Positions 11,118-22,262 of a DNA stretch of 64,000 bases are shown here, piece after piece. The notes under the pieces were generated by a model that did not search any database, had not been told where the DNA came from, and worked only from the letters and a program-made list of their open reading frames with translations. The DNA lies in NCBI GenBank assembly GCA_025449695.1, contig JANWIW010000027.1:283-64282 (forward strand). The letters run 5' to 3'. Position 1 is the stretch's first letter; every line of letters starts with the position of its first letter. The stretch comes from Minisyncoccota bacterium (GTDB taxonomy: Bacteria > Patescibacteriota > Minisyncoccia > UBA6257 > 2-01-FULL-56-20). Position numbers and translations under genes: made by a program.

Positions 11118-12479
11118 TCAAGCCGTGGTCTGCTCGGATGGGACATGCTTGCCTGCTTCCACGTTCACGAAGAGGTACTTCGCCGTTTTCAGGATAATAG
11201 CCAGGTCCACCAGGAAGGAGCGGTTCTTCACGTAGTAGATGTCGTACTTCAGCTTCTCCCTGGCCTCGTCCAGGGAGGCGGAAGGCCGGAAATTTATCTG
11301 AGCCCAGCCGGTCAGGCCGGGTTTTACCACATGGCGGATGTTGTAGTAGGGAAAGGCCCGGTATTGCTCCACGAGTTCAACCCGTTCCGGCCGCGGGCCG
11401 GTGAAGGAGATGTCCCCGCGGACGACGTTCCAAAGCTGGGGGATCTCATCCAGATGGGTGAGCCTGAGGAGCTTGCCGAACGGCGTGACGCGCCGGTCGT
11501 TTTTCTCCGTCCAGGCGGGCGTGCCGTCGTTCCCGCCCTGCCAGGTGGTCATGGTGCGGAACTTGTAGAGCGTGAATGTCTCGTCGTTCTTGCCCACGCG
11601 CGCCTGCGCGAAGATGGCGGGGCCGCGTGAGGTGAGCTTGATGAGGAACGCGATGAGGAGGGTGAGGGGGATGAGCGCCACAGAGAACGCGACTCCCAGC
11701 ACGAAATCCACAAACCGCTTGACCAGGTCGTAACCCGGGCGGCGAGTCGTGACGTGCTCGAGGAACCAGCCCTCTTCCAGCTCGCCGAGCGGTACGCGCT
11801 CGAAGACCAATTCGTAGAAGTCGGTGAAGTTCACGATGGTCACCCCGAGCGGCAGGAGATCGTATAGGGCTCGTATGGCCGCCGGGTCCTTGGTGAGCGA
11901 AGGTTGGATGATGAGCGTATGCGCGCCGTGCTTCTCGATGAGCCGGGGCAGATCCTCCATTTGCAGGGGCCCGAACTCCTCAATCCATGCCGCCGCCTCG
12001 TAGCCGGCATGGGGATGCTTCTTCAGGAACTTCAGGAGCTCCTCGATCTCCGGAGAGCGGCCGATGACGATGGCGGGGGAGGGACGGAAGCGCGCCACCG
12101 CCAGAAAGGTGCTGCGGAATAAATACTCCCCGGCGATCACGACCGCCGCGAAAAGGAATAGGTTGGTCTTAGGGGTGAGCTGGAAGAGCGACTGGAAAAG
12201 ATAGAAAAGTACGATGGAGACCAGGGCGGCGATGCCCACCGCGGTCATGATCCGGTTCACGAGCGAGTTGTAGTTCACGAACGCCCGCTCGCGGTAGAGG
12301 TCCATGACCATGAATACGAAGAGCCACCCGATGAAGAGCAGGGAGAACGGCGCGAGGTGGATGCGCCAATAGTCCTCGAAATTACGGCCCTGATAGCGTA
12401 TCAAAAGCGTCGCGGCGAGCGCGGCGTAGAGTAATATCACGTCCCCGGCGAGCAGGACGAGCTTCTTTGTCCGGGACAT
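11118..12479 (-). CDS. Polyprenyl-phosphate sugar phosphotransferase (initiating glycosyltransferase)
   Basis: KRFVD, KFRTM, LDEIPQLWNV, GPRPER and VKPGLTGWAQ motifs. Confidence 0.95.
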   Translation of the reverse strand: MSRTKKLVLLAGDVILLYAALAATLLIRYQGRNFEDYWRIHLAPFSLLFIGWLFVFMVMDLYRERAFVNYNSLVNRIMTAVGIAALVSIVLFYLFQSLFQLTPKTNLFLFAAVVIAGEYLFRSTFLAVARFRPSPAIVIGRSPEIEELLKFLKKHPHAGYEAAAWIEEFGPLQMEDLPRLIEKHGAHTLIIQPSLTKDPAAIRALYDLLPLGVTIVNFTDFYELVFERVPLGELEEGWFLEHVTTRRPGYDLVKRFVDFVLGVAFSVALIPLTLLIAFLIKLTSRGPAIFAQARVGKNDETFTLYKFRTMTTWQGGNDGTPAWTEKNDRRVTPFGKLLRLTHLDEIPQLWNVVRGDISFTGPRPERVELVEQYRAFPYYNIRHVVKPGLTGWAQINFRPSASLDEAREKLKYDIYYVKNRSFLVDLAIILKTAKYLFVNVEAGKHVPSEQTTA

Positions 12480-12513
12480 CGTTCTTTATAGTAGCACTGG
12501 GAAACGCCCGGCG

Positions 12514-13983
12514 CTACGAGAATAGGCTGCGGGGATCGAGGTACCTCAAGAGTTCTTCGCGCATGGCGACGAGCGCCGCGCCGTAGACTGCGATGCCCGC
12601 CAGGATGGAAATAATGACGTGCACGCCCATCCGTTCCAGAACGAACACGAACGCTCCCATGAGGAGGCTCGCCGCGGCAATCTTCCCCAGATGCCGCAGC
12701 GTCTGGAAGGGAGCGACTCGCTTCAGTCTCCACCAGGTGAATCCGTTCGCGAGGATCTGCGCGAGGATGGTCGCGACAGCGGAGCCCGCGATCCCCCAGT
12801 GGGGGATGAGTAGGAAGTTGAAGAGCGCGTTGCCGAGGGTGCCTATCGCCAGGAACACGATGGCGCTTCGCTGTTCGTTCTTCGCGAAGATGCCGTTCGC
12901 GAGGAAGGAGGCGGGGAAATGCGTGAGGGCGGTGGCGAGAAGGATCAGGAAGGCCGGGGTCGCCGCCTCGTATTCAGCGCCGAAGAGGAGGACGATGATG
13001 TTCCTCCCGAGAACGAGACCGCCCACGAAGATGGGGATGGCGAGAAAGAAGGCGAAGCTCATGATCCTCTCCATGAGCATCCGGAAGCGATCGCCCTCGA
13101 GGATGGCCAGGCGAGACATGGCCGGGAAGAGGACCGTGGACAGGGTCTGCGGCACCATGTACAGGATGAAGATCGGCCGCTGGGCCGCGCTGTACAGGCC
13201 GAGGGCGGTGGCGTTCATATACCAGCCGAGCATCACGGTGTCCGTGTTCAGCATCAGGCTGCCGAGGAAGCCCATGAGACCGAACGGGATTCCCTCGACG
13301 AGAATCCGCCTCACAAGGCCCTTTTCGAAGTGCCGCCAGAAACCCCAAAAGTGCTTCCAGAGCATCGCATAGGCGAGCACCATGCCGCAGCCCGCGCCGA
13401 GGGTGTAGCCGATCATGAGCGCGAGCGGGCTCGGCTGGAGGATAAGAAGCCCCAGGCCGATGCCGGTGATAGCGACGTTCGTGAAGGTGATGATAAGAGC
13501 CTCGAGCTCCATCCGCTCCGAGGCGCGAGTGAGCGACGTCGTGAAATCCCTCAGGCCGTCGAAAGCGATGAGGAGCGCGGCCCACGGCAGGAGGGCCAGG
13601 GCGCCGCTGATGTTCGTGAAGAAAGGTACCACCGCGAAGAGGAGGATGGTGTTCGCGGCGACGAGTACGAGCTTAATGGCGAAAGACGTGCCCAAGTATG
13701 CGGGCAGCCGGGCGGGATTGCGCGCGCCCTCGCGGGTGAGGATTGAGCTTACCCCGATATCCGAAAAGAGAGAGAAAAAGCCGGCCAGTCCCACCGCGTA
13801 GGAGAACACGCCGTAGCCAGCCGCGCCGAGCACGCGCGCCGCGTAAATGAGAATAACGGCGCGGATGATCCGGCCGCCTATCGTGGACGCGGAGAGCCAA
13901 AAGGTGTTCTTGAACACGGTCTGGCGCATGGAGCTGTTCTCGAAGAGCAGGCTTTTCGCGCGGGGAAAAAATCCAGGCATCAT
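12514..13983 (-). CDS. Wzx-type flippase
   Basis: KNTFWL, ARVLGAAGYG, DTVMLGW and GLYSAA motifs; highly hydrophobic. Confidence 0.9.
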   Translation of the reverse strand: MMPGFFPRAKSLLFENSSMRQTVFKNTFWLSASTIGGRIIRAVILIYAARVLGAAGYGVFSYAVGLAGFFSLFSDIGVSSILTREGARNPARLPAYLGTSFAIKLVLVAANTILLFAVVPFFTNISGALALLPWAALLIAFDGLRDFTTSLTRASERMELEALIITFTNVAITGIGLGLLILQPSPLALMIGYTLGAGCGMVLAYAMLWKHFWGFWRHFEKGLVRRILVEGIPFGLMGFLGSLMLNTDTVMLGWYMNATALGLYSAAQRPIFILYMVPQTLSTVLFPAMSRLAILEGDRFRMLMERIMSFAFFLAIPIFVGGLVLGRNIIVLLFGAEYEAATPAFLILLATALTHFPASFLANGIFAKNEQRSAIVFLAIGTLGNALFNFLLIPHWGIAGSAVATILAQILANGFTWWRLKRVAPFQTLRHLGKIAAASLLMGAFVFVLERMGVHVIISILAGIAVYGAALVAMREELLRYLDPRSLFS

Positions 13984-14071
13984 TTCCAAAATAGCTTGTC
14001 CGCGAGGCCGAGAACTGCGCCGTTCCCGCGCTGAGACTTGACTCGCCAACTCATGTTGATACGATTGTAGC

Positions 14072-14833
14072 ATGGACAATCAAAACAACCCCGCCTTCTT
14101 AGATAAATATTTGCTGCCCGCGTCGATCCTCGTCGCGGCGGTCCTCATCGCCGGTTCGGTGTTCTACTCCACTCAGCGCGGCTCCGTCACGAACGGCAAC
14201 AATGTCGCGGTGAATCCCGGTGACAACGGCGATAACGAGCCCGCCCCGGCCGCGCAGCTGCCTCCTATCGGCTCGAACGACGTGGTTCTCGGGCAGGCCA
14301 GCGCGCCGGTCTCGGTGATCGAGTACGGCGACTATCAGTGCCCCTGGTGCAGCAAGTTCTTCGTGGAAGTGGAACCGATGATCCGTAAAGAATTCATCGA
14401 TAAGGGCAAGGTGAAGATGGCCTTCCGCAGCTTTCAGTTTCTCGGTGCGGAATCAAAGCTCGCCGCGGAAGCGGTAGAGTGCGCGAAGGACCAGGGCAAG
14501 TTTTGGGAGTTCCACGATGCGATATACAACGCGGAACATGTCGACGGGCAGGAGAACAACGGCAACCTGGACAAGGCCCTGTTCATGAAGCTCGCAGGGG
14601 ACTTGAAGATGGATACAGGCCCTTTTGGCAGCTGTTTCGATTCGCATAAACACGCGGCCAAGGTGCAGAGCGATTATGCCGCCGCAGGCAGCGCCGGCGT
14701 GAACGGTACCCCCAGCGTGTTCGTGAACGGCAAGACCTTGGGGGCCTGGACCGCCCAGACCAACCCGTTCCAGTCCCCGGCCAACCTGGCTGCGGTACGC
14801 ACTTTCTTGAACGACGCATTGGCGGGCAACTAA
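14072..14833 (+). CDS. DsbA-family thiol-disulfide oxidoreductase
   Basis: N-terminal TM segment, EYGDYQCPWC and GVNGTPS motifs. Confidence 0.92.
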   Translation: MDNQNNPAFLDKYLLPASILVAAVLIAGSVFYSTQRGSVTNGNNVAVNPGDNGDNEPAPAAQLPPIGSNDVVLGQASAPVSVIEYGDYQCPWCSKFFVEVEPMIRKEFIDKGKVKMAFRSFQFLGAESKLAAEAVECAKDQGKFWEFHDAIYNAEHVDGQENNGNLDKALFMKLAGDLKMDTGPFGSCFDSHKHAAKVQSDYAAAGSAGVNGTPSVFVNGKTLGAWTAQTNPFQSPANLAAVRTFLNDALAGN

Positions 14834-14906
14834 GGGGCGACAACGGTGTGAAATGAACGAGGGCCGCGCGGTGCGGCCCCTTTGGGTTGGGATGCGCGGC
14901 GCCTTT

Positions 14907-15167
14907 CTAGCAACGCGCGAAGACGAAGTGAGGACGGCCGACGACGGTGGTGGCCCTCTCCTGTTTTCTTACCGTGGTGCTCCTGCCGTGTTTCATGATG
15001 ACCACGGCCTGGAAGACATCTTCTTCGTCCAGCGCCAGGGGATTCAGTCCCTTAGCGATGGCGATGTCTCCGGCCAGGCGCGGCCCGAGAATCGTCTTTC
15101 CGGGCGGCGGTAACGCGGCGAGCAGATCGGTGAAGCTGACGGTTGGTTTTGCAAATTGCGAGAACAT
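14907..15167 (-). CDS. Hypothetical orphan protein (86 aa)
   Basis: SD AAGGAGG before ATG 15167; TTGACT upstream. Confidence 0.6.
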   Translation of the reverse strand: MFSQFAKPTVSFTDLLAALPPPGKTILGPRLAGDIAIAKGLNPLALDEEDVFQAVVIMKHGRSTTVRKQERATTVVGRPHFVFARC

Positions 15168-15244
15168 TCGAACCTCCTTGAAAGCATTTATATAAGTATA
15201 TGCGGCGGAAGTCAACTTTGCGCCCTTGCGACCCGGTATTGTTC

Positions 15245-15353
15245 TGTCATCCCGGCCTTGCGGTGTCCTTCGAAGCCTAGGCGAAGGAGGGAGCCGGGAT
15301 CCAGACAAGTCATACTGGATTCTGGATAGCTCTCCTGGGCTTCCGGAATGACA
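15245..15353. repeat. REP doublet with a second REP family nested in the loop of its first arm
   Basis: Matches 51146-51228 apart from a 31-nt insert (15261-15291) and the spacer. Confidence 0.85.
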
Positions 15354-15462
15354 AACAGGCCTGAAAATAAACCTTACCAGACCATCCTACTTGCGCCGCT
15401 GCCATCGCCAGAATAAAATGATGCCCTAGGGTCCGTTCGGTCAGCCAACCAATCATTTTTCC

Positions 15463-15705
15463 ATGCCCAAGACGGTAAAGATATATTCCACCCCCAGTTG
15501 TGTCTATTGCCGGATGGCGAAGGCGTTCTTCGTGGAGAAGAACGTGCCGTACGAGGAGTTCAACGTCCAGGAGGACATGAAGGCGCGCGAAGAGATGTTC
15601 TCCAAATCCCATCAGCTGGGAGTGCCCGTGATCGACGTCGAAGGGGAGATCTACGTGGGCTTCGACCGGAGCGCGATAGCGGAGGCGCTTGGGATCAGTC
15701 AATAG
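15463..15705 (+). CDS. Glutaredoxin/NrdH-like redoxin
   Basis: YSTPSCVYC and GVPVID motifs. Confidence 0.92.
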   Translation: MPKTVKIYSTPSCVYCRMAKAFFVEKNVPYEEFNVQEDMKAREEMFSKSHQLGVPVIDVEGEIYVGFDRSAIAEALGISQ

Positions 15706-15766
15706 GGGATAGGGTATGGGGTATGGAATCCCCGTCCCTAAACCCAATACCCTAAACCAATACCCT
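15702..15766. repeat. Inverted 7-mer tandem-repeat element
   Basis: ATRGGGT-like units, then CCTAAAC/CCAATAC units; spans the grx stop to the trxB start. Confidence 0.75.
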
Positions 15767-15767
15767 T

Positions 15768-16691
15768 ATGTATGACCTGATCATCATCGGTGGCGGGCCG
15801 GCGGCCGTTGCTGCAGGCGTCTACGCGGCTCGCAAGAAGATAAAGACCGCCGTGGTCGCGGAGGCTTTCGGCGGCCAATCGCTCGTGTCCGCCGACGTGC
15901 AGAACTGGATCGGCACGCCTTCTATTTCCGGCTTCGATCTAGCCGAGAATTTGAAGAAACACCTGTACGCGTACCGCGAGGGCGTCGATATTCTGGAGGG
16001 CGAGCTCGTGACTGGCATATCCAGGAAGGATGACGGGACCTTCAGCCTGGCGCTCCGGAACGGCAAGGAGATGGAAGCGAAGCATGTCCTTCTCGCGTCC
16101 GGCAGCCGGCGGAAAAAGCTCGAAGTTCCCGGCGAGCAGAAGTTCGAGGGCCGGGGCGTGGTTTACTGTTCCATCTGCGACGCGCCGCTCTTCGGCGATA
16201 AGGTGGTGGCCGTGGTCGGCGGCGGCAATGCCGGGCTTGAGGCCGTCATCGATCTGCTGCCCTACGCCTCTAAGATATACCTCCTCGTCCGTTCCGAGCC
16301 CAAGGGAGACGCGGTGACGCTGGAGAAGATCAAGAACGATCCCAAGGTGGAGATCCTCACCAACACCATCGTGGAATCCATCGAGGGGCAGGATCTTGTG
16401 ACTGGCGTGGTCGTGAAGGACACGCGGACCGGCGAGCCGCGCAAGATCGCTCTGGAAGGCGTTTTTGTGGAGATCGGCGCCCTGCCGAACTCCGAATTCG
16501 TGAAGGGTCTCGTCGAGTTGAACGGAGGGGGCGAAGTGACCGTTGACCACAAGACCCAGCGTTCTTCGGTGCCCGGGATATGGGCGGCGGGGGACGTCTC
16601 AGACGTCATTTACAAGCAAAACAACATCTCCGCAGGAGATGCGGTAAAGGCGGTGCTGAACATCTACGAAATGATGGTGAAAGGGAAATAG
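15768..16691 (+). CDS. trxB: Thioredoxin reductase
   Basis: IIGGGPA, GVVYCSICDAP, VVGGGNAG and AAGDV motifs. Confidence 0.88.
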   Translation: MYDLIIIGGGPAAVAAGVYAARKKIKTAVVAEAFGGQSLVSADVQNWIGTPSISGFDLAENLKKHLYAYREGVDILEGELVTGISRKDDGTFSLALRNGKEMEAKHVLLASGSRRKKLEVPGEQKFEGRGVVYCSICDAPLFGDKVVAVVGGGNAGLEAVIDLLPYASKIYLLVRSEPKGDAVTLEKIKNDPKVEILTNTIVESIEGQDLVTGVVVKDTRTGEPRKIALEGVFVEIGALPNSEFVKGLVELNGGGEVTVDHKTQRSSVPGIWAAGDVSDVIYKQNNISAGDAVKAVLNIYEMMVKGK

Positions 16692-16738
16692 AACTTTGCT
16701 TGCTCATGAAAACGCGAGCAGGGTGAGCCATTGCGGTC

Positions 16739-17464
16739 TCACCCTGTCGTTTGATGCCGTTCGTCGCATTCCGGTTCGATGAGCTGTACGTACCCGTGCG
16801 ACGTGATGCTGATCTTCGGCCAATGATCGGGATGTTCCTCGTACCAGGCCCTGATCCGCTTGATGAGTCCTTCGAGGGCATACTGCACTCTTGCTGGAGG
16901 CGACTTTCGAGGTACATAGCCGAACCGGCCTTGTAGTTCCGAACAGAGCTCGCGGAAGGGCAGCATCTTCCCTCGTCGAAGCCCCTCCGCGATGAGCGTG
17001 ATCAGCCCATTCCTGTCTACCCCGCCTGGAATGCTTGCAGGCAGGGCAGGTAGGGCCCGCACTACACGCTCCAGTTCTTGAGCCATCATCTCGAAATACT
17101 CGCTCCAGTGCGGCTCGCTGAATTCCAAGCGCCCGTGTGCCGTCATGCTGATTTGCGGCCTATGGCCGGGATGCTCTTCGTACCAGGCCCTGATCCGCTT
17201 ACGGAACTCATAGAGCGCGCTCACCACGCCTGCCGTACCGGAACGTCTCTTCGGCGCGTAACCGAACCGCTTTTGCAGCTCGGACGAGATCTCCGGGAGC
17301 GAAAGCATCTTGCCCTGCCGCAGGCTTTCGGCGACGACCGTGACGAGGCCCTTTTTGTCGATGCCGCCAGGAACGATGACGAGCGGCCTGCCCACGGCGT
17401 ACGACACCGCTTTCGCCACCCGCTCCAGTTCCTCGGCAAGCCGTTCAAAGTACTCATTGGCCAT
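16739..17464 (-). CDS. Hypothetical protein made of two tandem ~115-aa repeats, possibly winged-HTH
   Basis: EYFE..AxELERV, PGG(I/V)D..GL and KRIRAWYEEHP each occur twice; SD GGGGGAG. Confidence 0.7.
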   Translation of the reverse strand: MANEYFERLAEELERVAKAVSYAVGRPLVIVPGGIDKKGLVTVVAESLRQGKMLSLPEISSELQKRFGYAPKRRSGTAGVVSALYEFRKRIRAWYEEHPGHRPQISMTAHGRLEFSEPHWSEYFEMMAQELERVVRALPALPASIPGGVDRNGLITLIAEGLRRGKMLPFRELCSELQGRFGYVPRKSPPARVQYALEGLIKRIRAWYEEHPDHWPKISITSHGYVQLIEPECDERHQTTG

Positions 17465-17557
17465 AATCTCCCCCTTTTCAACCCCTGCACGAACCGGTGC
17501 TTACCATGTCATCTAAAAATGATTTTGTCAAAAAAGATGCGCGTGGCAGAGGCGGAA

Positions 17558-17586
17558 TTGACAGTCCTTCAAAGGGAAACTACAAT
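17558..17586 (+). promoter_or_regulatory. Sigma70 promoter of groESL
   Basis: TTGACA-17-TACAAT. Confidence 0.85.
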
Positions 17587-17589
17587 CTT

Positions 17590-17616
17590 TCAGCACTCCA
17601 TGGTCGGGAGTGCCAA
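17590..17616. promoter_or_regulatory. CIRCE element (HrcA operator)
   Basis: TCAGCACTC-N9-GAGTGCCAA versus consensus TTAGCACTC-N9-GAGTGCTAA, directly upstream of groES. Confidence 0.92.
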
Positions 17617-17749
17617 TTTAAAATGTTTTCGGTTTACCGTGAGAACCCATCTCAAAAATACCCTCGCGGCCGGCGGTACTTCTGAGATGAGTTCTAGTTT
17701 TAAGGGAAATTTAACTGGAGACTGTAAACTCAAAACTAATAAAAAATAA

Positions 17750-18037
17750 ATGATGATAAAACCATTGTCGAACCACATTCTCCTCGAACCCCAGGCGGAG
17801 GAGAAGACCACCAAGTCCGGCATCGTGATCCCGGACACCGCGGACAAGGAGCGCCCGACCCGCGGCACGGTAGTGGCGGTAGGGCCTGGCAAGTCGGAAG
17901 ACGGCAAAATAACTCCCATGTCGGTCAAGGTCGGCGACAGCGTTCTCTTCAAGAAGTACGGTCCGGACGAACTCGAGATCGACGGCAAGAAGTACCTCAT
18001 CGGTGACGAGGACGATATATTGGGCATCATAGAATAA
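17750..18037 (+). CDS. groES: Co-chaperonin GroES
   Basis: IKPL, TKSGIVIPDTA, VVAVGPG and VKVGD motifs. Confidence 0.98.
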   Translation: MMIKPLSNHILLEPQAEEKTTKSGIVIPDTADKERPTRGTVVAVGPGKSEDGKITPMSVKVGDSVLFKKYGPDELEIDGKKYLIGDEDDILGIIE

Positions 18038-19774
<1,737 letters not shown>

Positions 19775-19888
19775 TCGCTTCGCGACGTGGTAGCGTTGTA
19801 CTCGTTGGATCGCCGCGCGCCCGTAAGGGCGCGCGGCTTGTTGTAGGCGTTCGAATGCGCTTGCCGCTACCGTTATTATTCTTTTCAG

Positions 19889-19927
19889 TGTCATCCCGGA
19901 AGCCCAGCAGGGCTATCCGGGATCCAG
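19889..19927. repeat. Single REP arm
   Basis: tgtcatcccggaagcccagcagggctatccgggatccag, close to the reverse complement of the 3' arm of 51146-51228. Confidence 0.8.
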
Positions 19928-20025
19928 CTGAGCGTGAGATGCTCCTCAAAGCATTGATTACCCAATGTTCCCCGCATTTGCGAAAGGCGTTTACCAAAAG
20001 GGGCTACTGGTCTACCATGAGAGCC

Positions 20026-21720
20026 ATGCAAACTCCGGAAGAGTTGCGCGACTACAAGCCCGACTTCGAACCGCACCATTGGACCGACGAGGACAGGCGG
20101 TATCTTTCGCCCTTCGTGACAAACGTGGATGGACTCGTCTCGGTCATCAGCCACAACCTGCCGCCGGAGATCACGGGAGCGCTCTGCTCCCGCGCAAGCC
20201 GCGCCACGGGTTCCCTCACGGAGGTTCTGCTCAAGGAATATATCAAGCCGATTCTGGAAGGGGAGGACAAAGAGCTTGCCGCCGAGTTGAACCGCACCAT
20301 CGAGTTCCTGGAGCGCGGCGGCTTCCGGAAAATCCTGAACAATCAGCGGGCGCAATCCTTCTACGCCCGTTGGCTCTCCCAATACGGCGACGACTCCATC
20401 GCCCAGCTCACCGGGACCCACGTAGTGCTCTGGGGCATCTCGCAGCTTGCCATGAAGTTTCTGGAGGACCGCCGCATTGGCCTGGAGCCCTTGGAGAAGT
20501 CGACCCGTTACGTTAATTTCAGCAACAAGGTCAACGGAAATTACCTGTACTACACCCCGAAGCCCGATCTGGAGAAACTGAACCTGCTTCAGGACTATCG
20601 AGCGACTCTCGACCATCTTTTCGATACGTATGCCGCGCTCTTGCCAAAGCTGCTCGAATGGCTGAAGGTCACCTTCGACGACAAAGAGTCGGTGCTGGAA
20701 AAAAAGGCTTTCGATACCCTGCGGGGTCTTTTACCCATGGCTACCCTCGGCCAGGTCGCATTCCGCGGGAATGCGCAGGCTTTCGAGTATGCCATCAACC
20801 GCATGGCAGGCAGCAATCTCGGCGAGTTCCGCTGGCTCGCCGCGTCTCTGAAGCAGGAATTAGACAAAGAGATCTACTCCCTGCTGCTGCGCCTGGAAGA
20901 CGAGAAAACCAAGCACTACCAGGAGTATCTCTCCCGCCGGCACGACAAGATCCGTGAGTTCATAGGGGAAAAGCAATGGGAAAAAGATGCGCCTGCGGCA
21001 AAGCCGGGCGTGCAGGAGGTCTTGCTTGCGGAATACACTCCCGATGCCGAGGAAAATATCATTGCAGGGATCCTCTTTCCCGAATTCCACGGTAGCTGGG
21101 CGGAGGCGCTGGCTCATGTGAAAAACTTGGATGAGGCCGGCCGCCGGGAGGTCATCAAGCGCTATCTGCCCGGACGGGAGCAGCGCTGGTACAAAGTGGG
21201 CCGGGCCTTCGAGAACGCGTATCTCCGGTTCGAGATCACTATGGACATCGGCGCCTACCGCGACGTCCAGCGCCACCGCATGATGACCCAGGACCGTCAG
21301 CGGTTCTCCACGCATCACGGCTATGCCGTCCCGGCGGAGCTGACCGGTGCCGGACTGGAAACTCCTTATCGCGAGGCGATGGACAAAGCAGCCGAGCTGT
21401 TCCGGAGACTCGAGGGAGCTGATCCCGACCTTGCTCAATATGTGGTGCCTCTCGGTTACCACATCCGTTTCTATCAATGGCAGAACTTCCGACAGTTCTT
21501 CTGGGAGGCCGAATTGCGGACCATCTCCCAAGGACATCCCGATTACCGGACCGTCGAGCAAAAGAAATATCTTCTGGTAAAAGAGAAGTTCCCGCTTCTC
21601 GCCGAGTTCATGCTGGTGGACATGAACGATTACGCCATCGCCCGCCGTGGCACCGAAGATAAGATCGTGGAGAAAGAGAAGAAGATACTGGAGCGGCTGC
21701 AGAATAAGGCCGGAAGCTAG
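20026..21720 (+). CDS. thyX: FAD-dependent thymidylate synthase, long two-domain form
   Basis: YGDDSIAQL, EKSTRYV, FDTLRGLLP, DVQRHR and ELRT..QGHPDYR motifs. Confidence 0.85.
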   Translation: MQTPEELRDYKPDFEPHHWTDEDRRYLSPFVTNVDGLVSVISHNLPPEITGALCSRASRATGSLTEVLLKEYIKPILEGEDKELAAELNRTIEFLERGGFRKILNNQRAQSFYARWLSQYGDDSIAQLTGTHVVLWGISQLAMKFLEDRRIGLEPLEKSTRYVNFSNKVNGNYLYYTPKPDLEKLNLLQDYRATLDHLFDTYAALLPKLLEWLKVTFDDKESVLEKKAFDTLRGLLPMATLGQVAFRGNAQAFEYAINRMAGSNLGEFRWLAASLKQELDKEIYSLLLRLEDEKTKHYQEYLSRRHDKIREFIGEKQWEKDAPAAKPGVQEVLLAEYTPDAEENIIAGILFPEFHGSWAEALAHVKNLDEAGRREVIKRYLPGREQRWYKVGRAFENAYLRFEITMDIGAYRDVQRHRMMTQDRQRFSTHHGYAVPAELTGAGLETPYREAMDKAAELFRRLEGADPDLAQYVVPLGYHIRFYQWQNFRQFFWEAELRTISQGHPDYRTVEQKKYLLVKEKFPLLAEFMLVDMNDYAIARRGTEDKIVEKEKKILERLQNKAGS

Positions 21721-21722
21721 TC

Positions 21723-22262
21723 ATGCTTTCGATCGTCGTCGCTGTTTCCACGAACGGTGTCATCGGCCACCGCGGCCAATTGCCATGGCATCTTCCCGCC
21801 GACCTCAAGCATTTCAAGGACGTGACTGAGGGGCACGCCGTCATCATGGGACGGAAGACCTTCGAATCCATCGGCCGCCCCCTGCCGAACCGCCGCAACA
21901 TCGTAGTCACGCGGCAGGAAGACTACAAGCCCGCCTCCGCCGAGGCTTCGGTGGGCAAGCCCGCTGGCGTAGAGTTCGTGCATTCGATCGAAGAAGCTCT
22001 TGCCCTCTGTCATCCTGACCCCGCACTTGATGCGGGGGAAAGACCTTCTCCTGAAGTCTTTCTCATCGGCGGCGCGGAGCTCTACCGACAGATGTTCGAT
22101 CGCACGGACCGCATCTATCTCACCCGTATCCACGAGGATTTCGCGGGGGACGTCTTTTTTCCGGAGCTGGGCCCGGAATGGAAGGAGATATCGAAGCAAG
22201 AGGGGATAGTTGACGGGAAGAACGCATATCCCCATACTTTTCTTATCTACGAACGCAAATGA
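21723..22262 (+). CDS. folA: Dihydrofolate reductase
   Basis: LPWHLPADLKHFK, IMGRKTFESIGRPLPNRRNIV, IGGAELY and GDVFFP motifs. Confidence 0.97.
   Translation: MLSIVVAVSTNGVIGHRGQLPWHLPADLKHFKDVTEGHAVIMGRKTFESIGRPLPNRRNIVVTRQEDYKPASAEASVGKPAGVEFVHSIEEALALCHPDPALDAGERPSPEVFLIGGAELYRQMFDRTDRIYLTRIHEDFAGDVFFPELGPEWKEISKQEGIVDGKNAYPHTFLIYERK

Noticed and set aside
19855-20025. N-terminal extensions in the ORF track (thyX from 19855, dus from 39100, epimerase from 4034, flippase from 14079)
   Set aside because: They run through REP or intergenic DNA or overlap other genes; family motifs begin at downstream starts.
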